Positions 34,201-46,500 of a stretch of DNA of 64,000 bases are shown piece after piece (the first letter of the stretch is position 1; each line of letters starts with the position of its first letter). Source of the stretch: Andalucia godoyi And28 (taxonomy: Eukaryota; Protista; Jakobida). The translations under genes and the position numbers were made by a program. The notes under the pieces were generated by a model. It was not told the origin of the DNA, searched no databases, and worked only from the letters and a program-made list of their open reading frames with translations. Location of the stretch: contig VRVR01000038.1 in assembly GCA_009859145.1 (NCBI GenBank), forward strand, positions 124,001-188,000. The letters run 5' to 3'.

Positions 34201-34605
34201 GATCTGCATGATTTCAATGTATGAATTTGCCAGCGAGGCTTCTTTCATATGAAATCTACTCCGATCTTCGTCTAAGGCTGGCACCATGAGTCGCAGAAAC
34301 GGGTAAAAGTCTCCCTTTGCGACTTGTTTCCACAGCCGTTCTGTGAGAATATTCTTTCGACGCTCTGCTACGTTCTTCTTCACGTGCATGCCCGCATTCG
34401 ATACGTCTTCTAAAATCGATGCAAGATGGCTAAATGGAAATTGCATATCAATCCGTGGCAACTTCTCAAGCAACGGTGAGCAGATCTCGGACAGTCCCAC
34501 ATACACACTGCCATTCGACACTGTGTGCGGCGGAGCAAGCGACGCCTCGGACTGACTTTGCTCTTTCCTTTCTACCACTTCTTCTTGGTCATCGTCATTC
34601 TCCAT
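31210..34605 (-). CDS. LIG4: DNA ligase IV (NHEJ), 1131 aa
   Basis: Motifs ESKFDGDRIQIH, ILDGEM, FDV, EGLILK, KLKPD, LDLVVIGGFYG, KVGSG and LRFPR; two BRCT-like regions flank an FDPFGDAY XRCC4-binding-like linker. Confidence 0.95.
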   Translation of the reverse strand: MENDDDQEEVVERKEQSQSEASLAPPHTVSNGSVYVGLSEICSPLLEKLPRIDMQFPFSHLASILEDVSNAGMHVKKNVAERRKNILTERLWKQVAKGDFYPFLRLMVPALDEDRSRFHMKEASLANSYIEIMQIEKTSPDAQRLLHFKDPGMSKSRTAIDFSDALYRVLMDKGYGSVDPSQKPISVAWVNARLTELSMASSQDGKKKILMQFFFNTRALEQKWIVRIILQDLRVGMQKESILASFHPFAEALHNQCVSLKRVCLECRNPDFRIEEGAVNSIQLGTPFKPMLAFAIQSLHELDRALRDGRYVVESKFDGDRIQIHVTPESITYFSRNSTNYTPVYGPTFDSVVRASLREQGMTYNCILDGEMLVWNSELGGFLEFGHNRSVSILHRTDLAKTHKELVEKGLESAHLQFCFMCFDVVYLFKDQQDRKVANAPLRQRRDILKKIVQSPVSHRLEIVQQTEVPEHADAARVLILSELDRAVTEDRAEGLILKNLDTPYSFNKRELKSWSKLKPDLLWGAGQTLDLVVIGGFYGTKYGKAHISHFLMGLRNAVCTTSEEFVEYIQPRNRQASSSDALQSHPPTLSVASASSVLSNFKAAMSLDLSSSSSRVPMSRGIGSLNNSLTIVCSKVGSGYTDEELMSIQNKLEPHWRPWNSDVDANIRACVFGSWRSGDHANVPAVWCDPRNSVVLEVKFFDIVESKMFQTGYALRFPRAIRVREDKDFWSCTSAAEFTSIRQARVARQSLGLSQDLTATARRFGRGRGAARPSWNSTGSIPAHLKSIDSRIVQKEDELFDSISFCVLHPTNAEERRRLEEVIIRHSGTITQDYHSASFVLSTSADEYRTHALIQAYNAALTEPAKKKSKSASARPSSMPRDILTVKFVSDCIEEGRIIDPPHPIHHVIYSIAETRQKIAVKFDPFGDAYEEDISAPDLLDLLENHYPTSRDKIAADGLERARKTRELEQQQHVRKRTRSSASMLSADSASLSLQDFLPAVPADPEVERIMRAIDTVTLSPFAECKLVFLSSEAEEVAVRIAVKVAQISCAQGVTVWRPAIESLEAVPSDATHLVVCPADELSTWMAHRIRYLRSENCHVVSDEWIYACIDTMRRVSERDFAVPIRRISM

Positions 34606-34630
34606 CTCTCAAGCAAACATAAATCATACA

Positions 34631-34667
<37 letters not shown>

Positions 34668-34908
34668 CTTTCCTCTCCTGCTAGCATTCGTAGCATGAAG
34701 CCAAAATGCCCGGCCGTCGGAGATTTTCTCCGATCCCACCCCCGCCCCATGTTCATCAATTGACGCAATGCATGAACTGCAAGCAAGTTTTCATGCGTGT
34801 GTGCGCTCTATTTTGCTTAGTTTTGTTTTGTTGCTCGTTGTTCTTGTTCTCTCGTTTTGGATTTTTTTTGTAAAATATAAACATTAATTTTTAGAATAAT
34901 TCAATTAA

Positions 34909-35688
<780 letters not shown>

Positions 35689-35963
35689 CATAGCTCAAGG
35701 AAAACCGATGCAGTAATTAACGGGGGCGGGGGGGATAGTAATGAAAACAACAGCAACAAACATGCAGTCCAACTTCGTTGCAGTGGCTCTCTTCTTCTTC
35801 TCTTTTAATTATTACGAATCAAATCAGTCACATGCCTCCCCACCCCAGGCGATCTCCGACCATTCATTGAGCGGAGGGGGAAAGTCACAGGGGATCTGTT
35901 TTTATAATAAAAAAAAGAGAGGTTGACGGCAGAGAGCAAAGGGAAACAAAAAGGATGGAATGT

Positions 35964-37220
35964 TTAGCTGCGAGTGACCTCGTGGATGGCCTTCGCAAGG
36001 TACTCGACGTTGCGCGAGTTGATCCCGGCGATCGACATGCGGCCGTCCTTGTTCATGTAGACGGAAAAGTCCGAGCGGAGCTTCATGACCTGCTTCTCGC
36101 CGAGTCCAGAGAAGGCAAACATGCCGATCTGGTTGGTGATGTGCGACCAGTCAAGCTTGGATCCGGCCTTTCCAAGATTCTGGACGAGAGACGATCTCAT
36201 AAGGGCGATACGATCTGCCATCTCCTTGACGTCGACGAACCACTGCTTCTTGAGCGCGGGTTCAGAGAGAACCATGTCCACCAAACGCGCACCAAACAGA
36301 GGCGGTGAGGAATAGTTTGCGCGGATGATGATCTTCAGCTGCGAATCCACGGCGGTAGTCTCCTGCTCGGATCCCGTCATGATGTTGAGTGCTCCGACGC
36401 GCTCTCCGTACATACCCATGTTCTTCGCGAACGACTGGGCAACAATCAGCTGGTGGCCCTGGTTGATGAAGTGGCGGAAGCCTGCAGCATCCTTGTCAGG
36501 GTCTCCCGAGGCGAAGCCCTGGTATGCATTGTCAAAGAAGACAATGTGGTTGCGCTCAAGGCAGGCATCAGAAATCTTCTTCCACTGTTCCATGGTGGGA
36601 TCAATACCAGTCGGGTTGTGTGCACATGCATGCAACAAGATCACGGAGCGCAACGGCGCATTCCTGAGATCCTTGAGGCATCCATCAATGTCTAGGGCAT
36701 TCTTGGCCTTGTCGTACCACTTGTAGGTGCGGACCTCGCATCCAGCGGTCTGGAAAAGCGCACGATGGTTCACCCAAGTAGGGTCCGAGATGAAAACTGG
36801 AGTGGCCTTGGGCAAGAACTTGGCGACAAAATCTGCACCAATGCGGAGGGCTCCCGTACCAGAGAGGGTCTGGACAGTAGCAATGCGGTTCTCCTTGAAG
36901 AGAGAAGAGTCGGCGCCAAAGGCAAACTGCGACGCGGACTTGCAGAACGACGGGATGCCCGAGATTGGGCAGTACTCGTGGTCTGCATTGGCCTTTGCAA
37001 GACGTGCCTCGGCTTCACGGATGCACGGCAACACCGGGCACTTGCCGGTGTCATCCTTGTAGATGCCCTCGCCAAGATTAACCTTGTTGGGGTTCGGATC
37101 AGCCTTCAGCGCAACAGTGGTCGCCTTGTTTGCATCAAGAGGACCTTCCTCGACGTACTTCCAAAACGACGACGACGCAAACCCACGGCGGCGGACACTT
37201 GACGATGCAAATCTCAACAT
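35964..37220 (-). CDS. GOT2: Aspartate aminotransferase, mitochondrial
   Basis: R/S-rich presequence; motifs QTLSGTGALR, HACAHNPTGID, FDNAYQGFASGD, SFAKNMGMYGER and QIGMF. Confidence 0.96.
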   Translation of the reverse strand: MLRFASSSVRRRGFASSSFWKYVEEGPLDANKATTVALKADPNPNKVNLGEGIYKDDTGKCPVLPCIREAEARLAKANADHEYCPISGIPSFCKSASQFAFGADSSLFKENRIATVQTLSGTGALRIGADFVAKFLPKATPVFISDPTWVNHRALFQTAGCEVRTYKWYDKAKNALDIDGCLKDLRNAPLRSVILLHACAHNPTGIDPTMEQWKKISDACLERNHIVFFDNAYQGFASGDPDKDAAGFRHFINQGHQLIVAQSFAKNMGMYGERVGALNIMTGSEQETTAVDSQLKIIIRANYSSPPLFGARLVDMVLSEPALKKQWFVDVKEMADRIALMRSSLVQNLGKAGSKLDWSHITNQIGMFAFSGLGEKQVMKLRSDFSVYMNKDGRMSIAGINSRNVEYLAKAIHEVTRS

Positions 37221-38189
37221 CTTTTTCTCCTTCTTCTTTTTCTAATACGTTTAATTAAAAAAATAATTGCAAATGCTTACACACTCCAAACTCTCGAGAA
37301 ACAAGAGGAAACAAGAGGACAAAAAGAAGGAGAAAGAAAAAAATAGTTGGACAAGGGAAAGAAAGTGTAAAAAAAGACCGGGTTGGGGGAGCCGAGGCCT
37401 TCTGCGCAGTCTGACTTTTGAGCGTCGTTTGCTCGTTACCCGTTTTTTTTTTCCTGTCGCAATGATGAGACACCACCTCCTTTCCTCAACTTTGGGGGGA
37501 GTCATTTCAGAAGAGAGAAAGGGGGGGATGTCATTCCCCACATTGTCAGTCTGTGTGTCCTTGGAGAATTCCTCCGACAGCGATTACCCGACTGAAAAAT
37601 CCCGCTGCGCATCAAGCTGTCAACTGTCACACCCATCAACCGTCTAACTCGTACACCTTGGTGTGACCATATCGGACACTACACTGCTGAATTTGGGTCG
37701 GTTGTGTGCCACTTGTGTCACTCGACAGTCGACACTCAGCAAGGAGGACTTCCTCCAAGCTCACAGAGACTGGTAGTCGACTGGGCCCTATTGCACTACA
37801 CCCTGGGTTTCACATGCGCCTTTCTTGATGGTACGGAATTGCTGGAAATAACACCAAAGTAATCAAATCCCTTTTTATTCTTCCCGCATCTCTCTCTCTC
37901 TCTCTCTCTCTCGCGTATCTTCTTCTTTTGTTTTTTCTTTTTTCTTGTTATTTTTTAATTTTAATTGATTCCCCCTCCTCTCTTCTTTCTCCCTCGCTCC
38001 ACCTCCCTCTCTCTAAGAATCGTAGTTGTTTGGCATACAGATCCACATTTCCCGTTCCCCCGTCTTAAAGGAACATTCTCATTCTCATTTTCATTCTTGT
38101 TCTTCAAGGGTGTCCTCGAACATTATCTTTTTTCATATATCCTTACTTTCTGTCTCTTGGCTACGGAAGAAAAAAGAACTCGAAGAAAA

Positions 38190-38467
38190 ATGAGTCCGTC
38201 GTACTTTGCTCCAAATGGAGCTTCACGCCCCGCTGCTTATGGCGCACCGCCTCGGTATCCGCGCTCTTCGAAGCAACAGTTTTCCTACGGCGCTAGCAAC
38301 GGACGCCCTTCAAGTGGTTCTTCTTCTCCTGAAATGCCTTTGATCGGAGCCCATCCTCATCCTCATCCTCATCCACATCCTCACCCACATCCACATCCAC
38401 ATGCCCACCATCATGCAGTTCCTACTACACATGCGCAACATCACCACAGTACTCATACTCATCATAT

Positions 38468-38498
<31 letters not shown>

Positions 38499-39494
38499 CA
38501 ACAACAACAACAACAACAGCAGCAGCAGCAGCAACACCAACAACAGACAATGAACATGAGCATGATGACGATGCCGTCCATGGACGATCCCGCCCCGTCA
38601 AGCAACAATAATAGCAACTCCAGTTCATCGCATTCTGGAAGCCCAATTGTGGAGTGGCCCGTGTATGTACGCATGCTCGGATCGACCTCCAATTTTGTTG
38701 TGGCATTCGATGCACGAGAGGGACTGGAAGGTCTGAAGCGTGCTGTTGCTGATCGTGTTCCATTGTCACCGGACAAGCAGTGTGTGCGAGTGCATTGTCG
38801 AAACACAACATTTCACGTGTATTCGCAGCGGTTTGATCTCGAACGCTTATTGCGGACGAATGAAGACGATATGAAGGAGGCTGCTGCGTGGATTGAGGTT
38901 GAGCAGGACGACCAGATGCTCAAGGCAACATCTCCTGGTGTTCCCGGAGAGCGCGTGACTCCGATTGCAATGGCCATGCAGAATGGAAAGGAGCGACATG
39001 TAGCGTTCTCGGAGGAGGACGACCACACGGTGTTTGTCAATGACGACGGTGATGCTGTCCCTGAGGATGAGGACGAGGACGAGGACATGCAGGTAGTCTT
39101 GAGTGGTCACAACGAGGATGCCGAGGATGGCCGTCATGGATACGAACATGGCGGGGCGTATGGCAGCAAGAATCAGGATTTTATGTCCGTTCAAAAAACG
39201 GAGAATGGAGAGCAGCAGCGCATGATGGGTGCTCAAAGATTGTCCACGCGGCGTAGATCACAGTCGTATCCTGCTGCTTCCGCGACAACCCCCGTGGAAG
39301 TTGTCAATCGTGCACGGGGTGCGTCACTCAACGATGCCTCTGCTCATGCATACAAGCATCTCGCATTCCTGACGGAAATCTCGGAAATGATGATGCAAAC
39401 ACCGGTCACGTATTTTGAATCAGATCCGTTCGTCAAGAATCCCTTTGCAACGATGATCGTCGACGACCAGTCTATCCGTGCAGATTCGCTCTAG
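38190..39494 (+). CDS. Hypothetical low-complexity protein (HP repeat, polyQ, central globular segment), 434 aa
   Basis: ATG at 38190 after an A-rich leader; (HP)n and Qn tracts, then the globular-looking WPVYVRMLG...WIEVEQ. Confidence 0.75.
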
Positions 39495-39810
39495 GATCAC
39501 GCAGACCTTGGTTCTTTCTGCTTCCTTTCTTTTATCCTTCCTTTGTTTTTGCTTTGTATTCCCCCCGTGTCCCACTATTCCTTATTTCGTTAGCAGTTTA
39601 TTGATTTTTGTGTCACTCTTGTTTCGCGTGCTAGTTCTTCGGATTCGATTTGATTCTCCGATTATAATATTCGTTAATATGTTCGTTGATATTTGTTTTT
39701 GCGTGTCTGTTCGTCCTCGTCTGTTCATTCCCATTCATTTGTCTTGATGCGCTCTTCTTTTTGGTTTTTTCCCGATGATATTGTAGTTTGTGCAAGAAGA
39801 GCAGTAACCT

Positions 39811-39811
<1 letters not shown>

Positions 39812-39856
<45 letters not shown>
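39812..39856. repeat. Compound (CT)n(GT)n microsatellite
   Basis: Seen directly. Confidence 0.9.
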
Positions 39857-40317
39857 AGTGAGTTTTCTTGTGTCTATGTTTTGGGCTATGTATGCTCTTC
39901 ACTCCACCACTTCTTTCTTATTTCTCTTCTTTCTTTGTTTGCGACTTTTGGTGTTCTTCAGTCCCAGTCCCAGTCCCAGTCCCAGTCCCATATGTCCTAG
40001 ATTACGATTTTTTGTTGGGTGTAAACTTTTGATTTGGTTCTACTGCTGTGTTTTCTTATGCCTGCGGGGCTTGGCGTATTCGAGTCGCTGTTTTCCATTT
40101 TTTAAAGAACATAAAAGAAAACGATCTGTGTTCCTTTGGCTGCCAAAGTCCTTCTTTGTCCACTTCTTCTATTTCATTCATTTTTCATTTTTCATTTTTC
40201 ATTTTTCATTTTTCATTTTTCATTTTTCATTATTTTTCATTATTTTTATATTCTCACTGTCATTATTACAAGCAGTTGGTTGAATTACTCGATTACCGCT
40301 CTGCTGTGTTGTCCAAA

Positions 40318-40950
40318 ATGTCCGCGTCGGGTTCTACCTACGATTCGTTATTCAAGGTGCTTCTTGTTGGGGATTCCGGGGTTGGGAAGTCGAGTATTCT
40401 GCTGCGGTACACGGAAGATTCGTTTGAAGACGAGGTGCCTGCGACGATCGGAGTCGATTTCAAAACAAAATTTGTAGATGTTCGCAACAAGAAGATCAAG
40501 CTTACTATCTGGGACACTGCAGGCCAGGAGCGCTTCCGAACGTTGACGTCTTCGTACTATCGAAATGCGCAAGGTGTCATTCTGGTGTATGATGTGGGCA
40601 AGCGAGACACGTTTGAAAATGTCGTGTCGTGGCTTCGAGAAGTCGATACATACAAGAATGTACCGCACATTGTCCTTCTGCTCGTTGCGAACAAGATCGA
40701 TACAGAAAAGGCGAAATGGGAAGTGTCTGCAGACGAAGGAGAGGAGTTTGCACGCGAGCACGGAATGATCTTTCTGCAGTGTTCTGCAAAGACAAGAGCT
40801 GGAATACAAGAGGCGTTCGACGAAGTCGTTTTCAAGATTCTGGATTCGCAGGCTACCGGGGGCAAGGCTGCGATAGATGCTGCTCGGTCTGGTGTTGCCC
40901 TTCACAGTCGCCAGGATGCGCAAGCTGGCGGGAGATCGTATTGCTGCTGA
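40318..40950 (+). CDS. RAB18: Rab18-type small GTPase, 210 aa
   Basis: Motifs GDSGVGKSS, ATIGVDFK, WDTAGQERFRTLTSSYYR, NKID, CSAKT and C-terminal CC. Confidence 0.9.
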   Translation: MSASGSTYDSLFKVLLVGDSGVGKSSILLRYTEDSFEDEVPATIGVDFKTKFVDVRNKKIKLTIWDTAGQERFRTLTSSYYRNAQGVILVYDVGKRDTFENVVSWLREVDTYKNVPHIVLLLVANKIDTEKAKWEVSADEGEEFAREHGMIFLQCSAKTRAGIQEAFDEVVFKILDSQATGGKAAIDAARSGVALHSRQDAQAGGRSYCC

Positions 40951-41147
40951 TTCTGATAATTCGTATACTTTTCGGGTCTGAAATGGTTGCTACCTATTTT
41001 CCACCCTTCTGTACATACCCATTCCTACACGTCTTTTGATAAATCACGCATTCCCATACGCTTGTTCTTCCCTCACAAGTTGGAGCACTCGTAAATCGTG
41101 CTGTTCCCGTTTTTGTTTCCATTCAGTTCAGTTCAGTTCAGTTCAGC

Positions 41148-42560
41148 TCAGTGGCACTTCGGTTGCGGCTGTCTTCTCGAAATATCTCGAGAGATATTGC
41201 GGTGGGCTTCCGACATTGCAAAGCTGCCCAGTGTAAACGGCACGGTCCGGCACGCTTCATCGGCGCCCGAAGTGATCAGCACCCGATTGAACGCAGACCC
41301 GAAAGTGGCGACCATCCACTCTTGCACAGTCGGGTACTGCAGCACAGCTTCTCTGAGAAATCCTGCAATCTCAATCCCTTCCCGCGTTCTCGGCACGTCT
41401 TCCGTGGAGAATCGAAAGCTGGCTGCGAGCACCGCATTTTGGACGCCAGGGAGCAGCTCACTGCGAGCCCCAATTGACGCCGCGTTCGCCGCTAAAGTCT
41501 TGCGCAGCGTGCGGACGAGAAGAATGCACTTTGATACTTTGGACTGCCCCGGCGATCCTTTTTGCTTTGAGCTGTCCGGCGTCTGTGCCGCATGTGCAGT
41601 GTGCGCAGCGACATCATCATCATCATCATCATCATCATCAGTGACGTCGCCGTCGCCGTCGCCATTGCCATTGTCGTTTCCGCTCGCATCGCCTGCAAAG
41701 AACAGCTGCGACAGCTGATCGCTGGCCTCCAGGATTTTGCCTTTGAGCGGGGTAGAGACCGCTGACGTATTTGAATATCGACAGACCCGAGTGAGAAGCT
41801 CCTGAGTTGCGGCGGTGACTTTTCGGTCTTTGGACTCCACACTCACTGCAACGAGCGCGGTAATGTTGTCGTTTTCGGCAAAGGCTCTCGTTAACGATGT
41901 TTTTGCCCGAGGAAATGTCATCGTGTCGAGCACCAACGCGTTTGCAAACTGCGCTGCATGATGAGACGAGATGGGAGTGCAGACGGCCCGAGCAATGATG
42001 TCGTACACCTGTTCCTGGATGGAATCGGGGAGAGAGGACGCAAGAGCGAGTCCGACAAGGATTTCCAGAATCTGTGCAAGGGCTCTCATCTGCTCCTCGT
42101 GTTTCTCCCTGTCTTGTCGTTTCAAGCACAGACAGACGGCAGACCGCAGGCACAGAAAAGGCCGAGAGAGCCAGTCCAAGCTGGAGAACGTGAACAGCAG
42201 TCCTCCTTGTCCGGACGCAGGGTCCATCTTGTACACTCGAGTCAGAACATGCAGAACCAGGGTGTGGGCTTCCGCAGAGAGTGCTTCGGATGACGTAATG
42301 GACTGCAGCACTGCACAGCCGCCGCTTTCGACAAACTGCGCGAGATAGCCTCTCGGATTGTCCAGCAGAATGCGGCACATGCATTTCACTGTGTTACTTA
42401 GCCTGGCTTCCGATTTCATGAATGGGTATTGCAGTCGAGCCCACGAAAGGACTCTTCTAAGAAACGACTCGGAATGCTTTAATAGCCTTCCCGTATCCTC
42501 GTCATCGCTGCCACTCCCTGCAGCATTCACCAACTCAATCATCGCCAAACGTCGCTTCAT
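41148..42560 (-). CDS. Hypothetical alpha-helical (ARM/HEAT-like) protein, 470 aa
   Basis: Long ATG ORF with amphipathic L/A-rich helices and an acidic loop. Confidence 0.75.
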   Translation of the reverse strand: MKRRLAMIELVNAAGSGSDDEDTGRLLKHSESFLRRVLSWARLQYPFMKSEARLSNTVKCMCRILLDNPRGYLAQFVESGGCAVLQSITSSEALSAEAHTLVLHVLTRVYKMDPASGQGGLLFTFSSLDWLSRPFLCLRSAVCLCLKRQDREKHEEQMRALAQILEILVGLALASSLPDSIQEQVYDIIARAVCTPISSHHAAQFANALVLDTMTFPRAKTSLTRAFAENDNITALVAVSVESKDRKVTAATQELLTRVCRYSNTSAVSTPLKGKILEASDQLSQLFFAGDASGNDNGNGDGDGDVTDDDDDDDDDVAAHTAHAAQTPDSSKQKGSPGQSKVSKCILLVRTLRKTLAANAASIGARSELLPGVQNAVLAASFRFSTEDVPRTREGIEIAGFLREAVLQYPTVQEWMVATFGSAFNRVLITSGADEACRTVPFTLGSFAMSEAHRNISRDISRRQPQPKCH

Positions 42561-43555
42561 ATCTCCCTATCACATCCGCAAGCGTTCCGTCTCGGATTTC
42601 ATAAGTATGTTTATGAGAAAAGAGCTTTGAAGAAAGACATGAGGTGCGAAAACATACGGAATCCCATTCTTGCAGTGCCTCTGTTACTCTTCGGTTGTGT
42701 CCAGCTACTATGAGCATTTCTTCTTCTTCTTCCTTTGTTTTGCTGCTGTTTCTTTGCCACGGTTGACAGGATACGTCTGCCAAATCATCAACCTTTAACA
42801 CGATCGACAGACCATCGGCCAAACGGCCGTTCAAAATTGGCCGTTCGTTATTCCCAGTTTGTGGCTGCTGTAGCGCTGCGGAACGGCGATGAAAAAACAG
42901 ATTGTCAGATACGTCGTGTCTTCGCCGTAGATGCGTTCTTTGCAAGCACCCGGAGCCTCGGTTTCTCTCTGTCCCTTCACTCTCATGTGTCGCTCGCCAT
43001 GGTAAGGAGGCTTGCCTGGTGCGATGTTTGAATACTCTCCCTCATGCCTCAGCCGCCAGCGCCAACGCCAGCGCTGCCCGGTGCTCACCACAACGGCGGT
43101 TGATGTTTCGGCGCTGTGCCAGTTGGAAAGTTTCGTCCTTGCAAAAGTGATGGACGAACAGCGGTTTGCTCATACAACTTGCCATCATTTGCCATACAGC
43201 TCCGTTTTGCTGCGATCTCGCAGTTCAAACTTCAAACCATGAAAAACGTCAAAGGTGTCCCAATCCATTCGATTCGTCTGTTCCTTTTCAAGAACTTCCT
43301 ACTCTCGTCGAACGGAATTTTCTCTCTCTCTCTCTTGTTGAAAGAAAAAAAACAGCAACAACACTGATTTTTCGTCTTTTTCTTTTTTTGTTGTTTGGAT
43401 TGTTTTCCTCCCTTCTCTCTGTCTCTCTTGTAATAATATTTGCAACATTGTCGTTGCTCTGTGTGTGTGTGTCTTTTAGTTCCGTTTTCTGTTTTGTACA
43501 AATTTCAAGATTCAGTTCCCTGAAAACATATCCGCAACGCTGAATCCTGTAATTC

Positions 43556-46500
43556 ATGAGGAAGCATCCACACCCCGAAGGTCCTCCTCCGAGGGAAAAC
43601 AGTTCATCAACGTTGTTTCCGAGTCCACAGCGTTCTTCTGTTGCAGATTCGATCCCATTGCTTGACGTTGACGAAGACATCAATTCGTACTCCAGCGAGG
43701 GACTCCAGAGAAGGAGTATTCTCTTTGGAACCCCATACGACTCTGCGATTTCTCCGAGTGCGGCCAACCAACCACAGACTGCAGCTCGATCAGACGAGGA
43801 GCCAGTTGCAATTCCTTCTGTCCGTTCTTCTGCAGACAGCGAGTCTGTTGAATCTGTGCCGCTGATGCATTCCGACGTGACCACTCCAGGAAGACTAAGA
43901 GGTCGCGGCTGGGACGACGACCATTCTGATTACCATTCGTCTGATGTCCCGAGTCCGATTTCCAGAGAGTCGTCCGGAAACTCAGTGACGGAATCGGTCG
44001 TGAGTGTCCCGAGTAGATCTGGTCGGCGCGTTAGGAACGGCGGCGGATTCGCGAATTTGCAAGACTCGGTGACGTTGGCGCATGCGAATGCCGCAATGCA
44101 CAAAGTTTCTTTTCCAGTGGACGAGCCGCTGAAAGTCGTTCCGTTGCGATCGTCTTCCTCGCTCGTCTTTGGACCCGCCCATCGGTACCAAAACATCGAT
44201 TCACCGTCACCGACCGTGGATCGATCTATCTTTTCGACGATCGTGGGATCAAGGGCCGACTCGCCAGTTCCAGGATCCAATTACACTTCGGATTCGAGCC
44301 CAGAGTCCTTGAATAACAGCAATACGTCTCGTCCCCCATCATCTGCAGACAACGAATCCCGAATGCCGAAGTTGCAGCGGTATTCTTCGTTGGCATCCAT
44401 GAACGTTCGACCAATTGTTTTCGAAGGACGCAGCCACTCCAGACCGAATTTATCGATGATTGCTGCTCGACAGGTAGTTCCGTCAAGAAGGAGCATAGAC
44501 AGCAGTGAAGATGTCGATCGCGATCGTTCAGATTCTATTACGTCCAACGTTTCGCTGGCTTCTGCGCTTGGAAGGCGTGTTGAGTCCGAGGGATTAATGT
44601 CTCGTGAAAGCTCCGAAGCATTCTTTTTCGCTCCGATGCAAGATACCTTGCGATCTCACCTCTCTCATCGCCGCATTGTAGGCCTGAACGATAGCTTGGG
44701 CTGCGAACATGCTGCGCTTCTCCGAGCCAATAAGATATTTCAGTCGCCTGGCAGCGGAAACTTGGATTCTCTGTCACATACGAGCAGCACAAGTCGCATG
44801 CATCGCTCCCTGTCGTGGGACTCTGCTGCCGATGCGGGTTCTTCCAGTCAGCTGCACCTTGGCGCAATGATCGAGTCTTTCAAATATCGACCTGTTCACC
44901 ATAATCAGAAAAAGGGGTCTACTGAGCAGGCCTCAGCCGCTGTTGGGCCTGTTATTATTCATACTCGAGTTCCAAAGTCCACTGGCGAGATTGCAGATAT
45001 TCTAGATCGAGTCCAAAATGTTCCACCCGGAAACCGCTCCTCCTTCACTCCACGGACATCACAGTCCCTGCAGGGCACGTCTTCAACGAACACAATGCGG
45101 ACCATGACGTCTCCGCGATATGTGGTCGACATGGACGACATTGATCGCCAGTCGTGCCAATCCGATAGTAGTAAGTCAAACTCTCCCCCAAGCCCCCGAT
45201 CGGCCAACAAGAATTCTCCTCCGAGTCCTCGATCGGACTATTCGTCGGCAAGAAGGAAGTCTGTCGTTATGATGCGACGGTCGTCCAGCAGACCGTTGAA
45301 GTCGGCCCTGCTTGCAAGTTTGTCAAAACCCGATTTGAACAGCAATGGCGTTTCTCGTCAGAATAGTGTCAAAAATGCGGATGCAAAGGCTGTCGTGGCC
45401 GATTCCAAGAAGTCGGAGACTGACAGTCAGGACACGGAATCCAAGAATGCGGTTTCAAAGGATCCTTCCAAAGAGCAGTCTCAGCAGCCGGCGAATTCAG
45501 ATAAGCAAGCCTCTGTGTCGGTTCCTGCATCCGCACCCGCACCCGCATCCAAACCAGGCCCCGCTCCTGCGCTCTCTGCTGCATCTGTGCAAGAAGAATC
45601 CTTCTTCCAGTGGCTCAAATCTGGAACAAGAAAAATGTACAAAGATTGGAAGTTTGCGCAAAGAGTTGCAGAGGACGAGGAAAAAACCCTGCGGATTAAA
45701 GAAAAGTGGATGATGCATCCTCTTTCCCGCCGTCGGCTTCGATGGGATGCGCTGGTGTTTTTCCTTATCATGTATCAGCTGTTTGCTATCAGTTTTCGCA
45801 TTTGTTTTAACGTCCCAGACGATTATGCTTTGCTGGGGATCGATGCACTCTGCGATATCCTGCTCCTGGCGGACATGCCTGTTCAGGTGTTCACTGTTAT
45901 TGAAGTGGGCGTGGATCTGATTGTGGATCGGAAAGAGCTCCGCAAGCGCTATTGCAAGTCCTCTCGATTCTTGATAGACTGCGTAAGCAACATTCCATTT
46001 GATTTTTTGCAGATTATATACGGTATCTCGCCGCTGTTCCGCGTTAATCGCCTGCTTCGAACTCTCCGATACAATGCGTATTTCGACACGTGGGCAAAGT
46101 CTTCTTCGCTTTCTCCTTCCACGATTCGCATTATATCGTACGTTGTGTTCCTGACATTGTTTGTTCACTACTTTGCTTGCTTGTGGTTTTTGGTTGTGAG
46201 GCTTGAGGGCGGGGCGCGAAATGTTGATGGGTACTCGTACTGGGCGGATATTCTGCAGAGGGGAATGTGGAATCAATATGTGTGTTCCATGGTTGTCTCT
46301 ATCAACACACTTTTTGGGTACGGCAACATTTGGCCAAACACGGATTCCCAGCTTCTTGTATCGCTTGGAATGGTGTTGTTTGGAGCAGTTGCTCTGTCCA
46401 TTGTGGTTGGTTCTGCAACGGATCTCATGCGCAACCAGTCGTCTTCCGAAGATGAACTTCGAAAGAAGTTGGAGTCCTTGCGTGAATTTATGCGATTTCG

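Noticed and set aside
40170-40235. (TTTTCAT)n heptamer array upstream of Rab18 considered as a regulatory or CRISPR-like array
   Set aside because: Simple tandem repeat with no spacers.
42600-43500. Short ORFs between the ARM-like gene and the CNG channel
   Set aside because: No recognisable homology; probably a divergent promoter region or decayed sequence.
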